A stretch of 60,157 bases of DNA, taken from Nanobdellota archaeon. GTDB taxonomy: Archaea > Nanobdellota > Nanobdellia > Woesearchaeales > SKGA01. The notes below the pieces were generated by a model, which ran no database searches, was not told the origin of the DNA, and saw only the letters and a list, made by a program, of their open reading frames with translations. The position numbers were made by a program, and so were the translations under genes. The stretch spans positions 74,962-135,118 of the forward strand of contig JBNJHD010000001.1 in NCBI GenBank assembly GCA_051819805.1, given 5' to 3'. Each line of letters starts with the position of its first letter. The stretch's first letter is position 1. Positions 16,971 through 25,727 of this stretch are shown here, piece by piece.

Positions 16971-17075
16971 ATTATCTTTACATTGGGTGTAAAAACTGAG
17001 GGTGGAATATAGTAAAATCAAAACGCATACAGTGAAACAACAATCACACTCAATCGTTTGTTACTCGAGCGTTGA

Positions 17076-17094
17076 GAACAAACCTTATAAAAGC
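17076..17094 (+). promoter_or_regulatory. BRE/TATA-like element upstream of secreted-protein gene 2
   Basis: gaacaAACCTTATAAAAgc. Inverted repeat AAAGCAC/GTGCTTT (17090-17096 / 17118-17124) spans from the TATA box to the expected TSS. Confidence 0.5.
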
Positions 17095-17174
17095 ACGATG
17101 TCCAAAATGTAACATCAGTGCTTTATGTTACTACAAACATAACAATCAAACAAAAACATGAGGTGTTTTTAGAG

Positions 17175-17840
17175 ATGAACGTGGGAAAAATATTCGTATT
17201 CGCAGCGGTCTTCCTGATGGCTGTCTCCCTAGCTTTCGCAGCTCCTGGTGGAGCAAGTACCACAGAAGGTGCAAGCGAACAAGCAACAGGAACATCATCA
17301 ACGACTGTTGATACAGAAGGTGGAAATGTCACATATGTTGACGTATCCGGAACAAGTATAACTGGACGATGGGCTGGTTTCTTCGGAAACATCAGCGGAA
17401 ACATCATGCTCGGTGATTCTTCAGATAATCAATTCTTCCAGTGGACTGTAAGCGATCTTACTGGTGCAGTCGTTTACGCGGCTAACACTACCGTCACAGA
17501 CTGGACTCAGGCAAACTTCGATCCAGCATCTAATGCAGTGATGCCAAGCTATGTGCAAGGAAGTCTGACTGATAACTTCACGAACACATTCACAGCAAGT
17601 GAAGAGTTCTCAAGTTCTTCACTTACTGTTGCAGATGTTCCATTTGCAACAACGTGGAACTCAACCGGTGTAGGAAATCTCAAGACATACGCTCTACAGA
17701 GTATAGCTGATAACGCTCTTGTATTCGGTGGTCTTGCAGTAGATGATACTGATGGTTTCAACGGAAACTCTGTTGACTATCAGATTCTTGTTCCTGCAGA
17801 AACAACCACATCATACAGTTTTTACCTAGAGCTGCCATAA
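17175..17840 (+). CDS. Secreted protein, paralog B (unknown family)
   Basis: ATG 17175 preceded by GAGGTG. Signal MNVGKIFVFAAVFLMAVSLAFA/AP. Homologous blocks shared with 16241-16933. Confidence 0.75.
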   Translation: MNVGKIFVFAAVFLMAVSLAFAAPGGASTTEGASEQATGTSSTTVDTEGGNVTYVDVSGTSITGRWAGFFGNISGNIMLGDSSDNQFFQWTVSDLTGAVVYAANTTVTDWTQANFDPASNAVMPSYVQGSLTDNFTNTFTASEEFSSSSLTVADVPFATTWNSTGVGNLKTYALQSIADNALVFGGLAVDDTDGFNGNSVDYQILVPAETTTSYSFYLELP

Positions 17841-18021
17841 ATGGTGTGAATATGTTTTTGTTTTTTCTTTATTTTTTCTCTTTTCTCTAACTGGTTTTCT
17901 GTTGTGTGATTATTGTTTGGTCTCTTCACTAAAGGGATTTCATCGAAATATTTATAAACTAAGTATCTCCTCAATAAGATGGGGTTGTCCAACAACGGTT
18001 GGGTTGGTAAAGGGATATACA

Positions 18022-19905
18022 ATGGTAACGTTTCACAAAAGGCAGTTATTCGTAATAGGGTTGATGTTTCTAGTATTTTTTACAGTCGCTTCACAAGCCA
18101 GCGCAGTGGACATTGCAGTAGCGAACTCTGAAGATTGGAAAGATGTCTACAGTGTCATGATGATGAGCTCTCTTGAAGGACAGAGAGGATTCTTTCTCAA
18201 CTCTGACTCAATTACAGGATTTACGAAAGTCATTTCAGAACGAGACACCATTCAAGTGTATGAATCGAACACTCCTTATATCAACAATCTCGAAAGCCAA
18301 TTATCTTCAGTAAATTATGATGCTGAACTAGTGAGAGAATCATCCCAGCTCAATCTCGATCTCGATCCACAAACAGGAAACTATTATGTGATTTCAGCAG
18401 ACAATCCACGGATCAGCGTCTCACTAGCACCACTCGCTCTCAAAGAAAATGCTTGGGTGCTCATCGTTGATAATGAGAATGTGGCTCAAGTGGCTGGTAG
18501 GCTCGAAAATGCCGATTCAGTAACTGCAGTCGGCAACTTCAAACGAAGCGTGCTCGAAGAGATAGAAGATACATTCACTGAGAGAATAAATAATGATGAT
18601 CTCTTCAAAGACAGTCAAGATATCGCAACGCGATTCGGCGTTGAGGATTCAATCGTTCTCGCAGACGGGTCTTTTATTGAAGTTGAGTTCTTCAACCAGA
18701 AAAACCCTGTCCTGCTCTCAGGACACAATAAGATTCTTGACGACACCTACACATATCTTGAAGAGAATGATATCAAGTCAGTTGTCATTGTAGGTAACAA
18801 GCTATCAGTCATCGGTGAACAGATAAGATCATCAAGCAATAAATCAATCAGCGTGTTCATCAAGTTCGGTCAAAGCGATACGTCAAACACAGGAACTGTC
18901 TATGCACTGACTATGTTCCCATTACCGAAACCTAAAATCGCGCTTACTGTAGAAAAAGCTATGTATGATCCTGAGGAGGAGCAACTCATTGCACGATTCA
19001 AGAACCTTGGTACTGCAGGAATATATGAGCTTTCAACAATCGCTATCAAGAACGGAGAGCAAGAGCTTGCAAGCGCTTCAGATGATGAAGTGAGATACTT
19101 GGCAGCTGGTGAGGTCTTGCCTGTCCCATTCAATATCAGTCTCTCTCCAGAAGATATAACTAATGAAACTAAAGTCGAATTCTATACGTCATTTGGTGTC
19201 TATCCTTCACAACTCGATACATTCCTGACGATGGAAAATAAGTTCGGACCACCATTCTCAATACCATTATCTTTTGAAGACCTAGAGGATGATGGGACAA
19301 AAATAGAACTGGAAGATGCTGCATACTACAAAGGACTCAACAGAGTAGGTGTTACTCTTCTGAATAATGGTTCTGAAAAAGCATATGTCTCCGTGAAAGT
19401 TCACGATATCATCATCAATGGTCTTGAAGAAACACTCTACAAGAATGGAGAGATCGCTCCAGGACAATCAAAGACGCTTTACATGCCAGTATCACTTGAT
19501 AAGGTCGATATTGAAGAGAATGATCAATTCTCACTCGTTGTCATGTACGGTGCAGACGAGAATCTCATGCTCAAGAACATAAGGGCTGACTATCCGTTCA
19601 AAGTTGTTGCAGGTCTCAGTACAACACTCATTATCATCGTCATTGTCATCCTACTGCTTATTGTAGGTGGACTCTTTTATTTCAAGAAGAAGAAACCTTC
19701 CGAGAAAGGCGGCGCTAAACAAGTGAAAGAAGAGACGCAGACGACTACGAAGAAATCTTCGAAAAAGGTTGCTAAGAAGGCTAGCAAGAAATCTTCAAAG
19801 AAAACAACCAAGAAATCTTCAAAGAAAGCGAGCAAGAAAGGAGCTAAAAAATCTTCGAAAAAGGCTGTTAAGAAAGCATCAAAGAAAACGAAGAAGAAGC
19901 GATAA
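18022..19905 (+). CDS. Membrane-anchored surface protein: three wall-binding-repeat-like units, two CARDB-like domains, TM helix, Lys-rich periodic tail
   Basis: ATG 18022 gives signal MVTFHKRQLFVIGLMFLVFFTVASQASA. TM TLIIIVIVILLLIVGGLFYF. Tail KKSSKKVAKKASKKSSKKTTKK... Confidence 0.75.
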   Translation: MVTFHKRQLFVIGLMFLVFFTVASQASAVDIAVANSEDWKDVYSVMMMSSLEGQRGFFLNSDSITGFTKVISERDTIQVYESNTPYINNLESQLSSVNYDAELVRESSQLNLDLDPQTGNYYVISADNPRISVSLAPLALKENAWVLIVDNENVAQVAGRLENADSVTAVGNFKRSVLEEIEDTFTERINNDDLFKDSQDIATRFGVEDSIVLADGSFIEVEFFNQKNPVLLSGHNKILDDTYTYLEENDIKSVVIVGNKLSVIGEQIRSSSNKSISVFIKFGQSDTSNTGTVYALTMFPLPKPKIALTVEKAMYDPEEEQLIARFKNLGTAGIYELSTIAIKNGEQELASASDDEVRYLAAGEVLPVPFNISLSPEDITNETKVEFYTSFGVYPSQLDTFLTMENKFGPPFSIPLSFEDLEDDGTKIELEDAAYYKGLNRVGVTLLNNGSEKAYVSVKVHDIIINGLEETLYKNGEIAPGQSKTLYMPVSLDKVDIEENDQFSLVVMYGADENLMLKNIRADYPFKVVAGLSTTLIIIVIVILLLIVGGLFYFKKKKPSEKGGAKQVKEETQTTTKKSSKKVAKKASKKSSKKTTKKSSKKASKKGAKKSSKKAVKKASKKTKKKR

Positions 19906-20006
19906 CGCTTCATATTTTTTCTCTTTCTTATTCACTTATTATTCTATGATATTGTTCGCTTCTAGCACAATCTTTAAAAGGAAGTATCTCCGGTATCTGT
20001 TACAAG

Positions 20007-20477
20007 ATGGTGAGACGAAAACCAATTCCTGCATGGATTTTCTTCTTCATAGGAATACTCATCAGCGGCTATTCATGGTTCGTGAAAAACAGGACTGAAA
20101 CAGCCAACGCTGAAGCGATGCAACTGTTCATCTACATTGGACTTGGTTTTATCGCTATCGGAGTTCTCAAGCTGCTCTTTCTCTATATCAAGAAAGCGAT
20201 CTCGCCCAAAGAGAAGAAGCTGGCAGAACGGCTCGGAGGCGTTGATGAGATCGATAAGGATGAAGCGGCACTACGTGAAGAGAAAAGACAACGACTTCTT
20301 GAGAAGCGAAAGAAACAGTCTCAAACGGCTTCCCGTGCACAGGGTTCCGCTAACAATCATGGCAGTCCTCAGAACACTGCTCAGTCTACGCCACGCATCA
20401 TCTTATGCCCTCAGTGCCAGACGAAGAATTACAACACGTCAAACTATTGTCACATGTGCGGTTACCAGTTGAAGTGA
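20007..20477 (+). CDS. Two-TM protein with C-terminal zinc-ribbon (CPQC..CHMC)
   Basis: 156-aa ORF. TATA-like atCTTTAAAAgg at about 19970. Confidence 0.6.
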   Translation: MVRRKPIPAWIFFFIGILISGYSWFVKNRTETANAEAMQLFIYIGLGFIAIGVLKLLFLYIKKAISPKEKKLAERLGGVDEIDKDEAALREEKRQRLLEKRKKQSQTASRAQGSANNHGSPQNTAQSTPRIILCPQCQTKNYNTSNYCHMCGYQLK

Positions 20478-20535
20478 TTATTGATGCAATCATAGAAATA
20501 TTTTTAAACCTATAGGTCTCATACTATATTTCTAA

Positions 20536-20557
20536 CGCTTGAAATTGTTTTCAAGCG
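20536..20557 (+). promoter_or_regulatory. Perfect 9-bp stem / 4-nt loop hairpin in a 5' leader
   Basis: cgcttgaaa-ttgt-tttcaagcg lies between TATA (about 20494-20510) and SD GGAGGA (20564-20569). Confidence 0.5.
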
Positions 20558-20577
20558 ATTATTTGGAGGAATACACT

Positions 20578-20907
20578 ATGGTTGAAGAAGATAATACTAA
20601 ACTTGTTGCAGTGCTTTCATACTTTTTGGTGGGTATCATTTGGTTCTTTGCCGATGAGAAGATGAAAAAGAGCACACTCGTCAAATTCCATGTGAAGCAA
20701 GCCTTGTTTCTCATCCTGCTAGGTATCGCTATAGGGATTGTTAACATGATCATTATGTTCATACCAGTTATAGGATGGTTATTGACAATACTCCTGCAGA
20801 TCGCAATGTTCGTACTATGGGTTCTAGGGCTTATCAAAGCAATAGAAGGGAAAAAGGAGCCCATACCTATTGTAGGGAAATATGCACGTGAACTCTTCAC
20901 GTTCTAG
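20578..20907 (+). CDS. DUF4870-like small membrane protein
   Basis: LVAVLSYFLVGIIWFF..HVKQAL pattern and three TM helices. ATG 20578 follows SD GGAGGA. Confidence 0.65.
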   Translation: MVEEDNTKLVAVLSYFLVGIIWFFADEKMKKSTLVKFHVKQALFLILLGIAIGIVNMIIMFIPVIGWLLTILLQIAMFVLWVLGLIKAIEGKKEPIPIVGKYARELFTF

Positions 20908-20986
20908 ATGTTTTCAAAAACTGTATCTGTAGAGTATAATAATCTTTTTAAGTATCTTTTTTTCTTTTTTCCAAGTTGGTGTGCAA

Positions 20987-22144
20987 ATGGGCAAATACGA
21001 TTCTTATACAGATCATATTCGACGTAAGTGGACCGAACTGACATTCTCCTTAGCGAAGAATAGGGGAGTCCAAATAGCCCTCCCTAATAGTTTCGTCTCG
21101 CCTTCACCACCAGAAGGGATTTTTGATCACGACCAGTTCTACTGGGATAGTTACTTTATAATTATAGGTCTTCTCGAGCAAGGTTTTGTTGATTTTGCAC
21201 GAGGGATGGTGGATAATCTCGCATATCTGTGTGATCGTTTCGGTTTGGTTCCTATGAGAAACAGGATGTATAATCTTGGGATTTCCCAACCGCCATTGTT
21301 TTCATCGATGGTACGTCTTGTTTTCGAAAAGACACGCGACATCCATTGGCTTTCAAAAATGGTTGAAACGGCTCGTATAGAATTATCTTATTGGAATGAT
21401 AATCAGAAGAAACATACTATTTTTAATGGTCTAGCAAGATATTGTGATCACTGGCACTTGCATTCGACTGCCGAACATGAATCAGGATGGGATATGACTT
21501 CTCGATTCAATAACCAATGCCTGAACATCCTCCCGGTCGATCTCAACTCGCTCCTTTTCAAGAGCGAATCAGATGTTGCATTCATGTATGAGACAATCGG
21601 AAACCATGACCTTGCCGATCACTTCAAGAACAAGGCAAATGCGCGTAAAGCAGCAATACAAGAACATTTATGGAATGATGATCTGAACTTCTTTTTCGAT
21701 TTTAACTGGAAGCAAGAATCATCATCGATATTCTATTCATTAGCATCATTCTATCCATTGTGGGCAGGAATAGCGACTGAAGATCAGGCTCGAAAAGCAG
21801 TTGATAAACTCTCGCTATTCGAGTATGATGGTGGTCTTGCAAATACTCAGGATAATGGTCTGAGTGAGGAATTCAATCAATGGGATTATCCTAATGGTTG
21901 GCCGAACCAACAATTAATAGTCATTGAAGGACTTCTCAGATATGGTTTTGAAGAGGATGCGAAAAGACTTGCTGAAAAATGGCTTGATATGAATGCTAAG
22001 GTATTTGATGAGACTCAGAAATTCTGGGAGAAATATGATGTTGTCGATCTCCGGAAAGGAAAAGATGGCCGCTATCCGACTCAACATGGTTTCGGATGGA
22101 CGAATGGTGTGTTCGTGAAACTAGTTTCTCTTTTCAATTTTTAA
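20987..22144 (+). CDS. Trehalase (glycoside hydrolase family 37-like)
   Basis: FYWDSYF and QWDYPNGWPNQQ signature-like motifs. Alternative GTG start at 20981. Confidence 0.8.
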   Translation: MGKYDSYTDHIRRKWTELTFSLAKNRGVQIALPNSFVSPSPPEGIFDHDQFYWDSYFIIIGLLEQGFVDFARGMVDNLAYLCDRFGLVPMRNRMYNLGISQPPLFSSMVRLVFEKTRDIHWLSKMVETARIELSYWNDNQKKHTIFNGLARYCDHWHLHSTAEHESGWDMTSRFNNQCLNILPVDLNSLLFKSESDVAFMYETIGNHDLADHFKNKANARKAAIQEHLWNDDLNFFFDFNWKQESSSIFYSLASFYPLWAGIATEDQARKAVDKLSLFEYDGGLANTQDNGLSEEFNQWDYPNGWPNQQLIVIEGLLRYGFEEDAKRLAEKWLDMNAKVFDETQKFWEKYDVVDLRKGKDGRYPTQHGFGWTNGVFVKLVSLFNF

Positions 22145-22194
22145 ACTGGTTTTATCCAAAAACATTATAAACAACTATTTCCCTTATGAACTAC

Positions 22195-22881
22195 ATGGCT
22201 ATGGATACGTTCAAAGCGATATTCTCAAGACGGAGTTATCGGAAATTCAAACGAAAAGCAGTGCCTAGGGACTTGCTCTACTTTCTCGTCGAAGCAGGGA
22301 TGAAATCACCCTCGGCAGGAAATCTGCAAGACTTCGCATTCGTAGTCACTCAAGACAAGAAGATAATCAACAAGCTCCCTGATATGTGTATGGACCAGAC
22401 ATGGATCAGCAGCGCTCCAGCAGTCATTGTCGTCTGCTCACAACCTCACAAGCTCGCGCAGTGGTATGGAGAACGGGGACGGCACGTCTTCGCGATACAA
22501 GATGCTGCAGCAGCAACGCAGAACATTCTATTGGCAGCTCACTCTTCAGGACTCGGTGCGTGCTGGATAGGAGGGTTCGATCAGGAGAAAGCTGATGCAC
22601 TCTTCAAGACCGAAGGCAAAGCACGAGTCGAAGCGATCATCCCTATCGGCTATCCTAACGAACGACCTGCACCAAAGCATGAGAAGGGCATTGAGCTCAT
22701 GATGTATTTCGACAGTTACGGTAATGACAAACTGGATAAAGTCATGCTCAACAAGGATTATTCGGTCAAGCTAGAGCAACAGCTCGAACGAGCTGAAGAT
22801 AAGGCTCAATCATTTTCTGACAAGGCGAAAATATTTGTCACTGATGTGGCGAAAAAGTTCAAGGAAAAACAAAAGAAATAA
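22195..22881 (+). CDS. Nitroreductase-family protein with C-terminal coiled-coil extension
   Basis: FSRRSYRKF and ACWIGGF motifs. TATA cattataaac at 22164-22173 favours a leaderless ATG at 22195; the ORF opens at 22186. Confidence 0.75.
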   Translation: MAMDTFKAIFSRRSYRKFKRKAVPRDLLYFLVEAGMKSPSAGNLQDFAFVVTQDKKIINKLPDMCMDQTWISSAPAVIVVCSQPHKLAQWYGERGRHVFAIQDAAAATQNILLAAHSSGLGACWIGGFDQEKADALFKTEGKARVEAIIPIGYPNERPAPKHEKGIELMMYFDSYGNDKLDKVMLNKDYSVKLEQQLERAEDKAQSFSDKAKIFVTDVAKKFKEKQKK

Positions 22882-22949
22882 TACGTTATTACCTTTAAGT
22901 AATGATAAAAAAGAAACATTTATAACTCACTTATTCTCAAGATACAGTC

Positions 22950-23729
22950 ATGCTCCCTCGAAATCTCCCTCTCAATAATTTCATTGTCGATAAACTGTTG
23001 ATGAAACATGTTATTGAAAAGAAAGAACGTCTGTGGCAAGATTGTCTTGAAGGAAAACTAGAAACAATTAATATAGCGAATGCTAGAAAAAAACATCAAA
23101 AGATCAGGAAACTTGCAGGATATTATGAAATGAAAAGGGAATATGACTCTGATGCAGGAGAATCAAGAAAAGAAATGTTGATTCAGATTGAACAAGGATG
23201 GGAATATCTTACTAGCGGTTCTTTCAATCCATACGCTATTACCCTGACTGATGTTGTCAATGTAGGAAGAATAATCTCTAAGAAAGTCCAACAAAAACAT
23301 CCTAATGGTTTCCGGAATGAAGCGATACATATTGGTCAACGAATTTATGACGGGATAGGAACAGATCAAATCGTTGATAACATGATATATCTCGTCAACA
23401 AAATTGATGATCCGCTCAAGAAAGCACTTTATCTGCATCTAGAAATCAATCACATCCATCCTTTCATTGATGGTAACGGTCGAACAGCTCGATGTTTTGA
23501 AGGCAGGCTATTAAAAGAGGAAGGTTATCCAATACCTTTGATTTCTCCACAGCAAAAACAAAAATATAATCTGCTTATAGAGAATGCTTGTCAAGCTGCT
23601 GACGGGATGCATAATCCGAAACGAATCCTTTGCGCCACTTCTTTCATGCTAAACAATATCTCAAAATCGCTTGATGTTCTCAGAGAAAATGGTATCGATA
23701 ATTACAGGAAAGGAACAAATAACTTCTGA
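22950..23729 (+). CDS. Fic/DOC-family protein (putative AMPylase)
   Basis: Exact Fic motif HPFIDGNGRTAR. TATA at about 22915-22930 implies a leaderless or near-leaderless mRNA. Confidence 0.85.
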   Translation: MLPRNLPLNNFIVDKLLMKHVIEKKERLWQDCLEGKLETINIANARKKHQKIRKLAGYYEMKREYDSDAGESRKEMLIQIEQGWEYLTSGSFNPYAITLTDVVNVGRIISKKVQQKHPNGFRNEAIHIGQRIYDGIGTDQIVDNMIYLVNKIDDPLKKALYLHLEINHIHPFIDGNGRTARCFEGRLLKEEGYPIPLISPQQKQKYNLLIENACQAADGMHNPKRILCATSFMLNNISKSLDVLRENGIDNYRKGTNNF

Positions 23730-23822
23730 TCATTATCGTTTTTCTCTCGTTTCCGGAAAGTCCACTGGGCAAGAGCGCACAACCTTTTTAAAGATGCTTC
23801 TGTTTCACACGAGCTATTCACG

Positions 23823-25727
23823 ATGGAACCATCTTCTGAAACACCAAAATCAACGCCGTATCACGCACTATTCCCGCATGAGAATGTCAGACCCATACAG
23901 GATGAAGTCATCAAGGTAATCGCAGACCAACTCGAGAGCAAATCAAACGCTGTTATCCACGCACCAACAGGACTCGGAAAGACAGCGGCAAGCCTCGCAC
24001 CAGCGCTCAAGAACGCGCTTGACACTGGAAAGACTGTTTTTTTTCTCACATCAAGAAATACACAACACAAGATAGCGATAGAAACACTCAAGGAAATCAA
24101 GCAAAAGCACAACATAGAGGTTAAAGCAACAGATTTCGTGGGAAAGAAATGGATGTGTCTCCAAGCGGGTGTCAATCTACTCAGTTCGTCAGAGTTCACT
24201 GAATACTGCAGGGCACTACGCGAAGACAAGAAATGCAATTTCTATGAACGAGTTAAAAACGGCGAGAAACTCACTGTTGAATCGAAAGCAGCACTCGAAG
24301 ACCTAGGAACTCTTAGTCCTGTGACTGTCGACCAGATCGTCGCTTCAGGACAACAATATGATCTCTGCCCATATGAGCTTGCATTACTGCTTGCAGCAAA
24401 ATCGAATGTTATCATAACTGACTATTACTACCTCTTCCACCCTGACATCAGGGAACACTTCCTCTCAAAAAACGATAAGACACTCCAAGACAGTATCATC
24501 ATCGTCGATGAGGCGCACAACCTGCCATACAGGATCAAGGATCTGGCAAGCGAGAACCTGTCAACGACACTGCTCAAGAGAGCAATATCAGAAGCGAAGA
24601 AGCACTCCTTAGGAGAGGCACAGACGATACTCGAACAACTATATACAATCATCAACAAGATGGCACCTCAAGCAGGAGATGAGAGACACCTGACAAAAGG
24701 AGAATTCACAAGCAGGGTCTCGGATGTTGCGAGCTATGACCAGATCGTCGAGAAATTCCACAACATCGGAGACGAGATACGTGAGGAACAGAAACAGTCA
24801 GCAATAGGGGCAGTAGCGACATTCCTCGATAAATGGTTGGGGTCAGATGATGGCTTCACGAGAATCATCAACACGAAAAAAGGAGTGACAACCGATGTTA
24901 CGACAATCAGTTATCGATGTCTCGACCCAGGAATCATCTCACGCGATGTCATTGCACAAGCAGCGGGAACAGTGCTTATGAGCGGAACGCTCACACCACC
25001 TGATATGTATGTCAAACTGCTAGGTTTTCCTGAGAAACAAACAGTGACAAAAAGCTTTCCATCACCATTTCCCGAGAAGAACCGGCTCAACATGGTCATT
25101 GCGAAAACAAGCACGAAATATACGCACAGAGGAGCGCAGCAATACAAGAACATCGCTGACACTATCACTGACATCATCAACGCGACACCGGGAAATAGCG
25201 CAATATTCTTTCCAAGCTACAAGTTCAAGGATGACGTTGGAGCGTACATGGAAAACGTCGAGAAGACGATCTTTCAAGAACGAAAAGAGATGGATCAATC
25301 TGAACGCGAAGATATGATTGCGAGATTCAGAGGATATCACAAGACAGGAGCGGCACTTCTTGGAGTGGTCTCAGGAAGTTTTGGAGAAGGGATCGACCTT
25401 CCTGGAGACGAACTAAAGACAGTTGTTGTCGTCGGACTGCCGCTTGGACGACCGGACCTCGAGACGAAGGCGCTCATAGACTATTATGATACGAAATTCG
25501 GAGACGGGTGGAACTACGGCTATGTGTATCCTGCCTTCAACAAGATCATACAAAGCGCAGGACGGTGCATCAGGAGCAAGGATGATAAAGGGGTCATCGT
25601 CTTTCTCGATGAACGATTCACTTGGCCACGATACTTCAGATGCTTTCCTGAAAGCTGGAACATGAAAGTATCGGTCAACAGATATAAGGAACGCATTGAA
25701 CGATTCTTCAAGGAGAATGGGAACTGA
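23823..25727 (+). CDS. xpd: XPD/Rad3-family Fe-S DNA helicase
   Basis: HAPTGLGKT, DEAHNL, four Cys in the Fe-S insert (WMCLQ, EYCRAL..KKCNFY, DLCPYE), C-terminal QSAGRCIR. Confidence 0.85.
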   Translation: MEPSSETPKSTPYHALFPHENVRPIQDEVIKVIADQLESKSNAVIHAPTGLGKTAASLAPALKNALDTGKTVFFLTSRNTQHKIAIETLKEIKQKHNIEVKATDFVGKKWMCLQAGVNLLSSSEFTEYCRALREDKKCNFYERVKNGEKLTVESKAALEDLGTLSPVTVDQIVASGQQYDLCPYELALLLAAKSNVIITDYYYLFHPDIREHFLSKNDKTLQDSIIIVDEAHNLPYRIKDLASENLSTTLLKRAISEAKKHSLGEAQTILEQLYTIINKMAPQAGDERHLTKGEFTSRVSDVASYDQIVEKFHNIGDEIREEQKQSAIGAVATFLDKWLGSDDGFTRIINTKKGVTTDVTTISYRCLDPGIISRDVIAQAAGTVLMSGTLTPPDMYVKLLGFPEKQTVTKSFPSPFPEKNRLNMVIAKTSTKYTHRGAQQYKNIADTITDIINATPGNSAIFFPSYKFKDDVGAYMENVEKTIFQERKEMDQSEREDMIARFRGYHKTGAALLGVVSGSFGEGIDLPGDELKTVVVVGLPLGRPDLETKALIDYYDTKFGDGWNYGYVYPAFNKIIQSAGRCIRSKDDKGVIVFLDERFTWPRYFRCFPESWNMKVSVNRYKERIERFFKENGN

